Of a stretch of DNA of 64,000 bases, positions 53,675 through 64,000 are shown piece after piece. Position numbers and translations under genes: made by a program. Within the stretch, counting starts at the first letter, position 1. Each line of letters begins with the position of its first letter. The notes under the pieces are model-generated. The model was not told the origin of the DNA, made no database searches, and saw only the letters and a list, made by a program, of their open reading frames with translations. Location: contig CAWIAD010000002.1 in the NCBI GenBank assembly GCA_963833985.1, positions 4,128,001-4,192,000 on the forward strand, in the 5' to 3' direction. Source of the DNA: an uncultured Planctomycetaceae bacterium. Its GTDB lineage: Bacteria > Planctomycetota > Planctomycetia > Isosphaerales > Isosphaeraceae.

Positions 53675-53792
53675 CCGTCGCTTGCCCGCTCACCTGACGA
53701 ACCCCTTGCGGAGTCCGGCGACAGATTGCAGACTGTCGCCAGGAGTAGGTTTTTGGCTCACCATGTCGTGGTCAAGGAAGAAGGGTGCGACC

Positions 53793-54164
53793 ATGCGTCC
53801 TGTACGCTCGTTTGAGTGCTGCGCGTTGATCGTGCTGGCCGGATTGCTGTTTCTTGGGCCGCCCGGCTGCGGCAAGGGCACTTCGGGCCCCTTACCCGGA
53901 CCGCTCAAGGACCGCGAGGCGCTCGCCGCGGCCTTGCCTCCGGGCGTGACGTTCGAGACGGCGGTGATCCCGGACGCCAGGTACGGCTTCGCCAGGACCG
54001 TGGAAGACGCCCTCACCAGCCTGCAAGCGAACGTGGAGGGCGGGGCGATCCACGACGGCATCGCCGGCCAGGAGATCCGCTTCGAGCGCGGGCAGCCTGC
54101 CAGCAAAAGTTCCAGGAAGCCCGCCACCAAGTCGCCTTACACGGTGATCAAACTGACGAAATGA
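53793..54164 (+). CDS. Hypothetical lipoprotein
   Basis: Hydrophobic N-terminus ending PPGCG. Confidence 0.55.
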   Translation: MRPVRSFECCALIVLAGLLFLGPPGCGKGTSGPLPGPLKDREALAAALPPGVTFETAVIPDARYGFARTVEDALTSLQANVEGGAIHDGIAGQEIRFERGQPASKSSRKPATKSPYTVIKLTK

Positions 54165-54300
54165 CGCTCGTCGATCACCGATTCTCGGCCGGATCGTAAA
54201 CCCGCGACCGATCTCCCAGCCAGGCAGATCCGCAGAAGTGTCTGGACAGGATTGCAGCTCGCTTGCCCGGGGCTGAGAGCCCTGCCTGGCCGCTCTCCTC

Positions 54301-54456
54301 GTGGGGTACGATTCCGATCGTGCCATTTCCTGGTCCATCAGACAGAAGAAGTGACACGATCCGAATCGGGTCCCACGACAAGATTAAAGAAGTGACACGA
54401 TCGGAATCGGGTCCCACGACAAGATCGAAGAAGTGACACGATCCGAATCGGGTCCC
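54301..54456. repeat. 41-bp tandem repeat (three copies) plus an inverted copy
   Basis: AAGAAGTGACACGATC(C/G)GAATCGGGTCCC starting at 54346, 54387, 54428; inverted diverged copy at 54301-54329. Confidence 0.85.
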
Positions 54457-54539
54457 GTGTCCCACAAAAAGCGGCTTCCCGGTCGTCCAGGATCGCATCA
54501 ACCTGCTGAATGACTGTCAAAGAACGATTGCGAACCTGT

Positions 54540-55205
54540 TCAGAGGACGCCCTGCCGTTCCAGCCGCTTGTAATGAACGAACGAGTAAAGGACGGGTATG
54601 CACATCGTCACAATGAGGACGCCCAGCGACCAGGAGACGGGCAGCCTGACGATCACCATCAAAAAGCCGATGAGCCCGCCGGCCACCATCAGCCAGGCGG
54701 CCAGCCGATGGGTGTCATCCCAGACCCGGTCGCTGGCAAGCGTCCACGGAACCCGGATACCGATGTAAAAGTTCCTGCGTACTTTGCCCATCACATTACC
54801 GATCAGCGCGATGAACAAGAACACGCCGGCGATGAGCGCGCGGCCGATATCGAAGAGCTTCGGTCCCTGGTGCACTTCCTGCCACGTCGCCAGCAAGATC
54901 ATTACGTTCATGTATGCGAACAGGCCCATCATGACCGCCATGATGTAGAGGTAGGTCGAGCGAAACCTGTCCACCTCGAAGTGTCTGGGAGACAGGGCCG
55001 GAAGGAAGACGAAGAAGACCAGCATGATCGTCATCATGCCGGGCATGAGGAATGTGGCCCACGACTTGTTGCCCCAGCCGTCCACCTTGCCCTCCCAGTT
55101 CCAGTGCGTGGGAACGCGCTGGGGGAGTCCCTGGTAGAGCGAGGCCGCCAGCACCCAGGAGCCGGCGACGAGCAATCCCGCAATGATCCAGTACGCCCGA
55201 TTCAT
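54540..55205 (-). CDS. SdpI/DUF1648-family membrane protein
   Basis: LPQRVPTHWNWEGKVDGW, RNFYIGIRVPWTLASDRVWDDTHR. Confidence 0.9.
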   Translation of the reverse strand: MNRAYWIIAGLLVAGSWVLAASLYQGLPQRVPTHWNWEGKVDGWGNKSWATFLMPGMMTIMLVFFVFLPALSPRHFEVDRFRSTYLYIMAVMMGLFAYMNVMILLATWQEVHQGPKLFDIGRALIAGVFLFIALIGNVMGKVRRNFYIGIRVPWTLASDRVWDDTHRLAAWLMVAGGLIGFLMVIVRLPVSWSLGVLIVTMCIPVLYSFVHYKRLERQGVL

Positions 55206-55362
55206 GAAAGCGGTCTCCCGTTCGTCCCGGAGTTCCCGAACAGGACCCAGAGTCGCGTCGTCCGTCCTCCAGGACCCTCGTGTTCAGCACATGGTAAACC
55301 TTTTGAAGAGCCTCGTACAAAGGTTACTGTGCCGCGGCACCGGTCACGATGCCTCACGCTTG

Positions 55363-55962
55363 TCATGTCTCCGCGGGCGTGATCCAGCGCGGGCTTTCAC
55401 CTTCATCGGGGGGAGCATAGGCCAGTAGCCTGGAGACGATCTCCTCGGCATCGCTGGAGGTGATGAGCGGATGCAAGCTTCCTCGGCGGATGAACTGCTC
55501 GCTCATTGCGTGGTCCAGAAGTGTGATCAGGGGGTCGAAATAATTCTCCACGTTCAGGACGCCGATCGGCTTTCGGTGAATGCCCAGGGTGCCCCAGCTG
55601 AGGATCTCGAAGAACTCCTCGAACGTGCCGATCCCGCCAGGGAGCGCGAGGAACGCCGTCGCCTTCGCCGCCATGAGCGCCTTGCGCTCGTGCATGCCGA
55701 CGACGACGTGCAGCTCGGTGAGGCCGTCGTGGGCTACCTCCCTGGTCGCCAGCCCGCGCGGGATCACGCCAATCGCCGTGCCCCCTGCTCCCAGCACCGC
55801 GTCGGCCAGCACTCCCATCAACCCGACCTTGCCGCCACCGTACACCAGCGCGATGTCCCGGCGCGCCAGGATCGTGCCGACCTGCCGCGCCACCCGATGA
55901 TAGACGGGCCGTGAGCCGCTGGAAGAGCCGCAGAAGACGCAGATGGCGGGACGATCGGACAT
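55363..55962 (-). CDS. LOG-family nucleotide phosphoribohydrolase (TIGR00730-like)
   Basis: ICVFCGSS, LVYGGGKVGLMG, MHERKALM, PGGIGTFEE. Confidence 0.92.
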   Translation of the reverse strand: MSDRPAICVFCGSSSGSRPVYHRVARQVGTILARRDIALVYGGGKVGLMGVLADAVLGAGGTAIGVIPRGLATREVAHDGLTELHVVVGMHERKALMAAKATAFLALPGGIGTFEEFFEILSWGTLGIHRKPIGVLNVENYFDPLITLLDHAMSEQFIRRGSLHPLITSSDAEEIVSRLLAYAPPDEGESPRWITPAET

Positions 55963-56230
55963 CGATATCCAGTGGGTCGATGACGACGAGCAACCAGAGA
56001 CTCCTCAGCCCGGCGCGCGCCGGGGCCGATCACAACACCTGAGATTATCGCCGCGTCCGCCCTGGGCCAATAGCACCAGCCGCGTTTGCTCCGAACGGCC
56101 CTGGAGTCGCAACAGTTCCCTGCGTGTTTTGTGTGCCAGAGCGATAGGAGCTGCCAGGAAACGGCGGTATCATGGAGACCGAGGTTGCTGGCCGCGAGAT
56201 CGATCTGGATTGCGTCGAGGATGGCTTGCC

Positions 56231-57226
56231 ATGAAAGCTGCTTATATCGAGCAGACAGGTCCACCTGAGAACATCAAGGTGGGTGAACTTCCCCGGCCCG
56301 CGCCCGGCCCGGGACAGGTGCTGGTCCGGGTACGGGCCGTCGCGCTCAACCCCATCGATCTTTACATCCGTTCGGGCATGGTGGCGTTTCCGCTGGCCTT
56401 CCCCTACGTGATCGCCTGCGACCTTGCCGGGACGGTGGAGGAAGTGGGCGCGGGGAGCAAGAAGTTTCAGGTGGGCGACCGCGTCTGGGGATCGAACCAG
56501 GGACTGCTGGGACGTCAGGGCGCGGCCGCCGAGTTTGCTGCCGTCGACGAGCACTGGCTCTATCCCACTCCGGCCTTGCTGCCGGACGAGCAGGCCGCGG
56601 CCATGGCCCTGGTGGGCATCACCGCGCACCTGGGGCTGTTCCGGTACGGCCGCCTCGAGAAGGGCGAGACGGCGTATGTTCCCGGAGGCAGTGGCGGGGT
56701 CGGCTCGATGGTCGTGCAGATGGCGAAGGCGGCCGGTGCGCGAATCGCCACCTCGGCGGGAGGCCCCGAACATGTCGAGCTGTGCCAGAGCCTCGGCGCC
56801 GACCTGGCTCTCGATTACAAGACCGAGGACCTGCCCGCACGCCTCCGCGAGTTCGCCCCGGAAGGTTTCGACGTGTGGTACGAGACCCAGCGCGAGCCGA
56901 ACCTTGAGGTCTCCGTTCCGCTGCTGCGGAAGCGCGGCCGGATGCTGCTGATGGCCGGACGCACGGCCAGGCCGGCGCTCCCCCTGGGAGCCTTCTACCC
57001 CAGGAACTGCGCACTCATGGGCTTCGCCATGTTCAACGCCACGCCCGAGGAACAGGAGCCCTGCGCGCGCGACATCATTCGCTGGATCGAGGAAGGGCAG
57101 CTCAAGCCGCTCGTCGGCCGCACCTTCCCGCTCGCCGCGGCCGTCGAGGCGGAGAAGTTCCTGGAAGCCAGCACGGCGGGCGGCTCCGGAGCGCTCACGG
57201 GAAAGGTCGTCATCACCATCGAGTGA
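56231..57226 (+). CDS. NADPH:quinone reductase (zeta-crystallin/MDR family)
   Basis: [38 protein letters not shown]. Confidence 0.9.
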   Translation: MKAAYIEQTGPPENIKVGELPRPAPGPGQVLVRVRAVALNPIDLYIRSGMVAFPLAFPYVIACDLAGTVEEVGAGSKKFQVGDRVWGSNQGLLGRQGAAAEFAAVDEHWLYPTPALLPDEQAAAMALVGITAHLGLFRYGRLEKGETAYVPGGSGGVGSMVVQMAKAAGARIATSAGGPEHVELCQSLGADLALDYKTEDLPARLREFAPEGFDVWYETQREPNLEVSVPLLRKRGRMLLMAGRTARPALPLGAFYPRNCALMGFAMFNATPEEQEPCARDIIRWIEEGQLKPLVGRTFPLAAAVEAEKFLEASTAGGSGALTGKVVITIE

Positions 57227-57236
57227 GGGCACGCTC

Positions 57237-58187
57237 ATGAACCTGCTGTCCACCATCGCCGGCTCGCTGATGGAGGGTTTCTTGCCGGCCGGCTGGAACC
57301 TGGAGCGGATCGACGCCTGCTGCTCGTGCGACCCGGCGACGATCGGCGACCGCCAGTCCTGGTGGCACCCCGACTTCGAGCTGATCCCCTGCCAGTGCGG
57401 CAGCGACTTCGACGTGATGATGGGCCACGAGATTGCCACCGCCATCCGCCGTACCCGCGACCATGGCCGCGCCGCCGCCCTGATCCTGCCCGTTGGGCCC
57501 ATGGGCATGTACCGATGGGCGGTCTACTTCCTGAAGGAGTGGCACGTCCCCTGCGATCATGTTCACGGCTTCAACATGGACGAATGGAGCGACAGGACCG
57601 GCGCCACGCTGCCGCCGGAGAACCCCGGTGCCTTCCAGTACGCCATGGAGCGGGCGTTCTACGGGCCGCTCGGCTCGCGCACCGTTCCCCCGCGCAGGCG
57701 CTGGTTCGCCACCGCCGATCGACTGCCCCACTACCCGGAGCGGATCGGTGAACTGAAAAGCAAGGGGGCCGAGCTGATCGTCATCTTCGGCATCGGCCGG
57801 GTGTGCCACATCGCCTTCTGGGAGCCCCATTTCGCGGCCGAGTTCCCCTCGCTGGAGGAATGGAAAACCCAGTCGCACCGCATCGGGGCGCGGCTGCATC
57901 CGCTCACGATCGAGCAGAACGCGCTGACAAGTTTCCGAAGTCGCACCACGCTGGTTCCCGCATTCGCCAACACGATCGGGCCGGGGCTGTTCCTCGAGGC
58001 GGACCGGATCATCGGCGGCGCCGACGGGGTGTTCGACCGCGGCATGCAATGGCAAGGCGCCAGCCTGTGGATGACGCTGCGCTACGGACCGGACCCGTGG
58101 GTGCCCAGCGCCTTCATGCCCACGCTGGCCGGCCGGCTGTTCTACCACGTGGATCTCGCCGGACCACTGGTGCCGGACCTGAATTGA
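57237..58187 (+). CDS. Glucosamine-6-phosphate deaminase/isomerase-like (NagB fold)
   Basis: [30 protein letters not shown]. Confidence 0.75.
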   Translation: MNLLSTIAGSLMEGFLPAGWNLERIDACCSCDPATIGDRQSWWHPDFELIPCQCGSDFDVMMGHEIATAIRRTRDHGRAAALILPVGPMGMYRWAVYFLKEWHVPCDHVHGFNMDEWSDRTGATLPPENPGAFQYAMERAFYGPLGSRTVPPRRRWFATADRLPHYPERIGELKSKGAELIVIFGIGRVCHIAFWEPHFAAEFPSLEEWKTQSHRIGARLHPLTIEQNALTSFRSRTTLVPAFANTIGPGLFLEADRIIGGADGVFDRGMQWQGASLWMTLRYGPDPWVPSAFMPTLAGRLFYHVDLAGPLVPDLN

Positions 58188-58308
58188 GGGAACGGCCCGC
58201 CTCGCCAGAAATCGCTCCATGCCACGCCCCACCGCCCGGATCGCCCTGGTGGGCGAGGCCACCGCAACTTCCGCCGGGGCGACTCGATTCGAGGCAGCAC
58301 GCGAAACC

Positions 58309-58375
58309 GTGACCACGTCCGTCAGGGCGTGGTTCGGACGGCGCAGCCCCCAACCTCGGGCGTCTGCCCGACCAG
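58309..58375 (+). repeat. Diverged solitary copy of the RAYT-flanking double-hairpin repeat
   Basis: GTGACCACGTCC-GTCA-GGGCGTGG-TTCGGACGGCGCAGCCCCCAACC-TCGGGC-GTCT-GCCCGA-CCAG aligns with 35086-35153. Confidence 0.8.
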
Positions 58376-58611
58376 CACCACCCAGGCACCGTGACCGCTC
58401 TGTGCTGGTTGGGGAGGCGGCCGACCCCGCTACCGGGTGCGACCGCCCGCGCCGATCCTGGCCAGCCGTTGGCCTTTCCCTGGAGCCTGGACGTCTTTAG
58501 AATCAATTCGCTCACGCGGGCGCGGTTGCAGCGCGTGGTTCCGCCAGAGGATCGATTCTGGCTCCATGTGATGATCGGCCGCGGTGATCTTACTGTCTGG
58601 AGGACTGCGCG

Positions 58612-59347
58612 ATGCTCGCGAATCGGCCGCGATGGCACTTCTTCCCCGCTCTCTTCGCACTGGCCGTGAGCTTGCCGCTCTGCTCAGCCCCTGCGCTGGC
58701 CATGGACTTTGGCATGGGTGTCATTGGCGGCTTCAATTACGTGCCGTCGCCCGGGGACTTCATCAACCAGCATTCCCTGCTGAACGCCGGGCGCGCGCGG
58801 GCCGGTCTCCAACAATGTTTACGCCAACAACCCGAACGCCTTCGTGAACCGGGTGCGCGACAATGGCTTCGTGCCCCACGCCGGCATTGTCGACCGCCGC
58901 TCGCCCGGATACCAGGCCAGCCGCTGGCAACCTGACGGCAATGTAAGCCTGGCCAGCAACACACGGCCGCAGCCGGCGCCTCCGCCGAGCAGCACCGAGA
59001 CAACCGGGGGTTCCACACCTCGACGGCCCGTGGTGCCGATCAACCGTTTCTTCGGCCCGGCGCGGGTGCTCATCTGGCCGAGCGATGCACCCGTTGAGGG
59101 CGACCTGATCACCAGGCGGAACACGTCGGATCAAGCGTGTCTGGCCGTGGCTGACCTGGTCGAGAAATACCGCTCGGCCCCCATCACCACGATCACCTAC
59201 GCGCGGCAAAGACTGCTGGAATACGGTCAGCCCGCACTCAAGGTCATTCGTAGCCAGACCACGCCGCTGGTCGCGGAGGGCTTCCACCAGTTCTTGCTCT
59301 CGCTCTACGATTCGCTCGAGGCCGCGGCCAACCCGACCGGCCTGTGA
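58612..59347 (+). CDS. Hypothetical secreted protein (frameshift near 58800)
   Basis: GGAGG RBS; signal peptide; continues NNVYANNPNAFVNRVRD...LIWPSDAP...RLLEYGQPAL. Confidence 0.6.
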
Positions 59348-59400
59348 TGGCCTGTCACTGTCTCTCCGGCGTCTTCGGAATGGAACCGCCATGCCGCCGG

Positions 59401-60477
59401 TCAGCGCGCGAGCTGCTGCTTGAGGACGGGCTCGAGGTTGCGCGGGGAGAGGTCGATCTGGACCACGTTGCCGTCGCGGCCGACAAGCACGTTGGCCGGG
59501 ATGTCCGAGATGCCATAGGCGCCGGCGATGTCCTTCTCGCCGCTGCCGCTCAGCACGATGGGCCAGGTGATGTTGTAATCGAGCAGGAAGCGGCGGATGC
59601 CGGGAAGCACCGTTTCGAGTTTCTGCCCGCCTCCCTGGTGGGCGTCCACGTTCACGCCCACCACCCGCAGCCCATGGTTCTGGTACGCGTCCTGCACCTG
59701 TTCCAGCCATGAGGTCTGAGCCGCCGAGGGGATGCTCCAGCTTGCCCAGAAGACGATCAGGACAAGATGCCCTTTCTGATCGGCAAGGTGGAACGGCTTG
59801 CTGTCAAGGTCGGTTGCCTGGATGGCCGGCGCCGGCTTGCCGACCAGCTCGATCCGCTTCAGACGGCTGGCGAGGAAGTCCTTGACGGAGGGGTCGAAGG
59901 GCTGATCGAGCACGAGACGAAACGCCTCACGCGCGATGGCGAACTGGTTTGCTTCAACAAGGCGCTGGTAATACGCCTCGCAGATACCGATGACTTCACC
60001 GGGCGCCAGCGCGGCTCGCGCCACGGTGGCCTTCTTCTCCTGGGTACTCTCGGCCACCGCCGCGCGGAGGCTCCGGAGCGATTGCTCGAAGGCGCCGCGG
60101 TCACACTCGGCAATGATCTTGACCAGGTGAGCCAGTGCGCTCGTGGTGGGCGATGGGGTCCCCTGCGCGATGACCGCATCGGCCGCGGGCTCGACGTCGC
60201 GGAACAGGTCGCCGACTATGGCCAGCCGGAAAAGCCGTTCGTAAGTCGCCGCGGCCTGCGGAGGCGGCTGGCCCTGGGCGAGCCGGGCGAGCTGCTCAAG
60301 ACGCTGCCGCTCCAGTTCCACGAGCTTCCGGTTATAATCTTCGTCGATCGAAACGGCCGACTGGTGGGAAGCCAGGCCTTGCTTTTGATCTTGCGCAACG
60401 GCTGCACCCGGATGGGCAAGGCTCATCAGGACCAAGAACGTGAAACCCGATGCGCAGGCATGATTCGCCCATCTCAT
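59401..60477 (-). CDS. TlpA-like thioredoxin-fold protein with SxxS in place of CxxC
   Basis: Signal peptide; VGKPAPAI, LIVFWASWSIPSA, VVGVNVD, YGISDIPANVLVGRDG. Confidence 0.8.
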   Translation of the reverse strand: MRWANHACASGFTFLVLMSLAHPGAAVAQDQKQGLASHQSAVSIDEDYNRKLVELERQRLEQLARLAQGQPPPQAAATYERLFRLAIVGDLFRDVEPAADAVIAQGTPSPTTSALAHLVKIIAECDRGAFEQSLRSLRAAVAESTQEKKATVARAALAPGEVIGICEAYYQRLVEANQFAIAREAFRLVLDQPFDPSVKDFLASRLKRIELVGKPAPAIQATDLDSKPFHLADQKGHLVLIVFWASWSIPSAAQTSWLEQVQDAYQNHGLRVVGVNVDAHQGGGQKLETVLPGIRRFLLDYNITWPIVLSGSGEKDIAGAYGISDIPANVLVGRDGNVVQIDLSPRNLEPVLKQQLAR

Positions 60478-60523
60478 GATCGCTTCTTCTCGATTCTGCC
60501 TGAAGAGTTTACGAGCCGGATGT

Positions 60524-61641
60524 TCACGGATTGGCTTGCCGGGCGCGGCCGCGTGGCCTGGGGGCCTTCTTCTCGAGGTCCTTGTCACTCATCACGGAAA
60601 AGAAATCTTCGGGCTCATGGCCGTTGGTCTTGGGCGCCGCGGTGGTCGCCAGCGCCGGGGCGATCTCGTTGCGCAGCTGCACGAGCTTGGGGTAAAGCAT
60701 GTTATAAACCTGGCGTTGCTGAGGCGTGCCCGCCACGCCAAAGCGCAGGTTGAAGGCCGTCATGAAGTTAAGCAGCTCGCCCAGGGTCGCTTCCGGGCGC
60801 TTTTCGACGCCGGCGAGGATCACATCGAGCACGGGGTCTTGAGCATGGCCGTCAGTCCGTGCAGGCCCTTGAGGTACCGTTCCGCCTCCTGGCGAGCACG
60901 CTCGGTCCGGGGCAAGAGCGAGCCGAGCTGCTGCTCGGTCTCGTAGATCACCGCAAGCAGCTTGTCAACGGTGGCCGGGTCGGGCTCCCTGGCGTCGGCA
61001 ATCTGCTCGGTGATCTGCTGGTCCAGTTCCTTGAGGCTCTTGCGCTGGGTCTCGAACGCGGGTGCCATGAGTGCCTTCGGCAGCGGCCCGTTGCTCAGCT
61101 CGTGGATGCTGTAGGTGATGGCGGCGGAGGCGTAGCGGAAGGGAATGTGGCGGATGGCATCGCCGCCAATCTTCACCTTCGCCGCCTGCAATGCCTTCGC
61201 ATAGACCCGGGGATCGTCAATCTCATCCAGGGCCGCGTTCAGCGCGTCTCCGCGTTCGATGTCGCGCGGCTCGGGGTTATCGCGGAGCCGCTTCTGCCTC
61301 TCCTCGTTCAGCCTGGTGGTTCGCTCGCGGGCGCCGGCTTGCCTCTGGGCCCGCATGCGATTGGCATTCTGCTGCGCCTCATGCACATACTCGTTCCACC
61401 GCATCACCGTATCGGTGTCGATGGACCGGGCCTCGGCGGTCTGCCGCTCGTAGAAGCCCATCCCCTCGGCGTACAGGCCCATGCCGCGGGCGATGTCGCC
61501 TTCGGCGGTTCCCACGCCCCAACCTCCCCAGCAGAAGCCGCCGAAGCCGCCAGGAAAGCCCCACTGCGCCTCCGCGTTCTGGGCGTTGACCGCGAACAAG
61601 GTGCAGGCCAGGGCGCACGCCCACCGGAATCGCCGATTCAT
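60524..61641 (-). CDS. Hypothetical secreted protein (frameshift near 60833)
   Basis: Signal peptide then AQWGFPGGFGG; IDTDTVMRWNEY, DIERGDALN; C-terminal frame TLGELLNFMTAFNLRFG. Confidence 0.7.
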
Positions 61642-61823
61642 GATCATCCCCTGAGCGAGGAGTGGAACGGACTGATACCCACTTACGATGCAGCTTCGCG
61701 ACAGGTGCAGATTGTAGTGCAGCTGTGCGTAAGCTGGCAACGCTTTACTGGGTTGCCGTTCGACATGCCTTCGCCCGGCTCAGTGCGCGGGGACGGCGAC
61801 CCGGCTGCCACGCCGCGGTCCGG

Positions 61824-63737
61824 TCACCGCGCCGGCTTTCCTTTCTGGGCTTCCGCCTGTTTCTTGCGGAACCCTTCAACCTGATCCTCGAAGGTGTCGT
61901 CCAGGTCATCCTTCTCGCCGGGACGGGTCAGGTCCTGGCCTTTCTTCGTCACGGCGATGAAGCCAATGCACATCTCGTCGGTGGTTGCTTCGCCCCAGCC
62001 GATCTCCTTGGGCGGCATTTCCTTGAGCCTGCGCGGATTGCCGGGTGAGTTGTCGTAATGCGCGACGACCTTGACCTGCGAGCCTTTGGGCAGGTCGAGC
62101 GGTTTCTCGAAGTAATAGGTGTACTGCCAGTTGAAGTCCCAGTTGTCGATCTTGATCAGGTCTTGCGTGCGGCCGTCCGGGAAGGTGACGGTCATCAGCA
62201 TGTCCTTGCCCAGCAGGTGCATGTGCGGCACGACGGCGTGGGCGACCAGATCCACGGGGACCGGCCAGACGGCCTGGACCTCGGCGTTGGTTTCGCCGAA
62301 GGGCAGCTTGAATTCCGTGTTCAGCGCGGCGTTCCAGTGGAGTACCTGGCGAACGGGTTTCCGCGCGAACCGCAGACCGATGCGCGTGCGGTCGGTCTCT
62401 TCCTTGCCGGCGGGGTGGTAGTGCACCTGCACGATCACATCGGCATTCCTCGGCAAGAAGCGGCCGATGCCGTCCGGGAGCTGGGTGGGCTGGTTGCCCG
62501 GCGCCCAGCCGCCCAGGTCGCCGTGGATCTCGATTCCCGGTCCGGAGAAGCACGAGTAGCCAGGACCGGGCTCGGCCTCGTCGCGCTTGCGTCCCTGCCC
62601 GGCGGTGTCGATGTAGGACAGCACGTGATGAACCACGCGGCGGTTGCCCGGCTGGTACTCGATGCCCGAGACGTAAGCGTCGGCCGGCAGGCTCGTCCGC
62701 ACCACGAAGCAGCGGTAGATGTCTCCTCCGGACGCGGGCACCTGAAAGTCGGTCCCGATGTCGAGCACCAGATCGGGGCCGCCCTCCATGATCCAGTCCC
62801 TGGGGAAAGTGCGCGGAGGCGGGACCAACGAGCGGTCGCCCTCCGGTGCACCGGCCTCCGCCCAGGCAGCCAGCGTGGCGATGTCCGCAGCCGCCAGCGA
62901 GCGGTCGTGTTTGAACTTGACACCGATGTTCGGAGCGGCCTTCCACGGGGGCATCGTCCGATCCTCGACCACCGCGGCGAGGTCGTCGGCCCGCTTCCGC
63001 GCCTGGTCGTAGGTGTCCAGAGCGAACGGGCCTACCTGGCCCTTGTGATGGCATTCCTGGCAGTTCTTCTGGATGATCCGCACCACTTCGTTGCAGTAGG
63101 TGGGCGCGACCGAGGGCGTCTTGTACTTGGGGATCGGGCAGCCGACCGCCTCGACGTGGGCGCTCTTCACGGCCTTGCCCGCCAGCAAATCGGTGATCGC
63201 GTCCTTCAACTGGGTGCCCGCTGGATTGGCGTTGCGTACCCCGCGCCGCGCGAACTGGTCATCGATGCGCCCGTGGTAGCGCACCTGTCCCTGGTCATCG
63301 ATCACGAACGCCTCGGGAGTCATCGTGGCACCGATCTTCTGCGCAAACGCTCCATGGCGGTCGCGGACCACCGGGAACTTGAGGTCGAAGTCGCGAGCGT
63401 GGGCCCGTACGTCCGCATCACTCAGGTCGGGATCGACGCAGACGCCCACAAACTTCACCCGCTGGGCCGGGAATGTCGAGACCATTGATGCCAGCGTGGG
63501 GCTGTACGCGTTGGAGATGGGGCATTCGGACGAGTAGAAAACCAGGACGGTCAGCCCGCCCGCGGGGGCAGCCAGGTCAACGTGGCGGCCGTCAGGCCCG
63601 CGCAACGTCCCCGGTGAGGACGGGGCGTCGCCCGTCGCGCCGCAGACCGTTCTTCCCGGCCAGCAGGCCAGCATTGCCACCAGACAGAGAAGGACCGTCC
63701 TCGCGATCGATTGACGCGTCAGGGATAAGCTGGCCAC
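61824..63737 (-). CDS. Redoxin + cytochrome c + copper type II monooxygenase-like fusion protein
   Basis: ECPIS, TPEAFVID, YHGRIDDQ, GCPI; CQECH and MPPW; VVHH, QVHYH, PHMH, DEMC. Confidence 0.85.
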   Translation of the reverse strand: MASLSLTRQSIARTVLLCLVAMLACWPGRTVCGATGDAPSSPGTLRGPDGRHVDLAAPAGGLTVLVFYSSECPISNAYSPTLASMVSTFPAQRVKFVGVCVDPDLSDADVRAHARDFDLKFPVVRDRHGAFAQKIGATMTPEAFVIDDQGQVRYHGRIDDQFARRGVRNANPAGTQLKDAITDLLAGKAVKSAHVEAVGCPIPKYKTPSVAPTYCNEVVRIIQKNCQECHHKGQVGPFALDTYDQARKRADDLAAVVEDRTMPPWKAAPNIGVKFKHDRSLAAADIATLAAWAEAGAPEGDRSLVPPPRTFPRDWIMEGGPDLVLDIGTDFQVPASGGDIYRCFVVRTSLPADAYVSGIEYQPGNRRVVHHVLSYIDTAGQGRKRDEAEPGPGYSCFSGPGIEIHGDLGGWAPGNQPTQLPDGIGRFLPRNADVIVQVHYHPAGKEETDRTRIGLRFARKPVRQVLHWNAALNTEFKLPFGETNAEVQAVWPVPVDLVAHAVVPHMHLLGKDMLMTVTFPDGRTQDLIKIDNWDFNWQYTYYFEKPLDLPKGSQVKVVAHYDNSPGNPRRLKEMPPKEIGWGEATTDEMCIGFIAVTKKGQDLTRPGEKDDLDDTFEDQVEGFRKKQAEAQKGKPAR

Positions 63738-64000
63738 GCGAAAACTCCAGAATCATTTCGGGCGGATCAGAAAGCTCCCTCGCTTTCACACTATTCTTTT
63801 TGGCCTCGGATTGGCAAGCTTGAAGCATTGCGTTGCGATCGCCCCGCCCGGTCCAGGGCCGCGGGCCGACCCTAATTTGACCGCTCGCGCGCCGATTGAC
63901 CCTGCGCCGGCCTGGTCTTTACTGGATAGGGATAGCCTGCTGCTGCACGGTTGCCACCGGGTCATGGCAGGAGACGACCGGAGCACGGCCCGGCGCCCTG

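Noticed and set aside
54346..54456. Possible CRISPR array
   Set aside because: Linkers are only about 12 bp and nearly identical, so there are no unique spacers; no cas genes in the window.

Overview
GC-rich bacterial chromosomal window, most likely a planctomycete of the Isosphaeraceae type. The basis is gene content: an 'LRFENLESRELLS' extracellular signal, an 'LLFGLLALQNGLID' Ser/Thr kinase, a PEP-CTERM protein and a redoxin/Cu-monooxygenase fusion. About 13 single- or double-base frameshifts in otherwise intact genes look like long-read errors. In order, the window holds: a PEP-CTERM gene split by an IS1634; a pgm-orfX-orfY-uvrC-ABC-F run; a CAP-domain protein; and an AT-richer accessory stretch (hicAB, IS4 with an 11-bp target duplication, yjbQ, a small ORF coupled to a variant dCTP deaminase, a triple-trypsin protein, an integrase remnant). 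Next come a TetR/YbhGFSR-like efflux operon and an atypical cbb3-type oxidase cluster without a canonical ccoP. A repeat-rich 33-36.6 kb region is centred on a RAYT-type HUH transposase. It is bracketed by 68-bp double-hairpin inverted repeats with compensatory changes, has GTAG-type REPs nearby, and has one diverged copy of the 68-bp repeat 22 kb away. The rest is pirin, a kinase, TlpA-like proteins, a POT transporter with an S9 peptidase, fhs, sdpI, LOG, qor, a NagB-like gene and lineage-specific secreted proteins. Best candidates for undescribed biology: the RAYT/double-hairpin system, the small-ORF/dCTP-deaminase pair, the two-gene module upstream of uvrC, and the remodelled cbb3 cluster.
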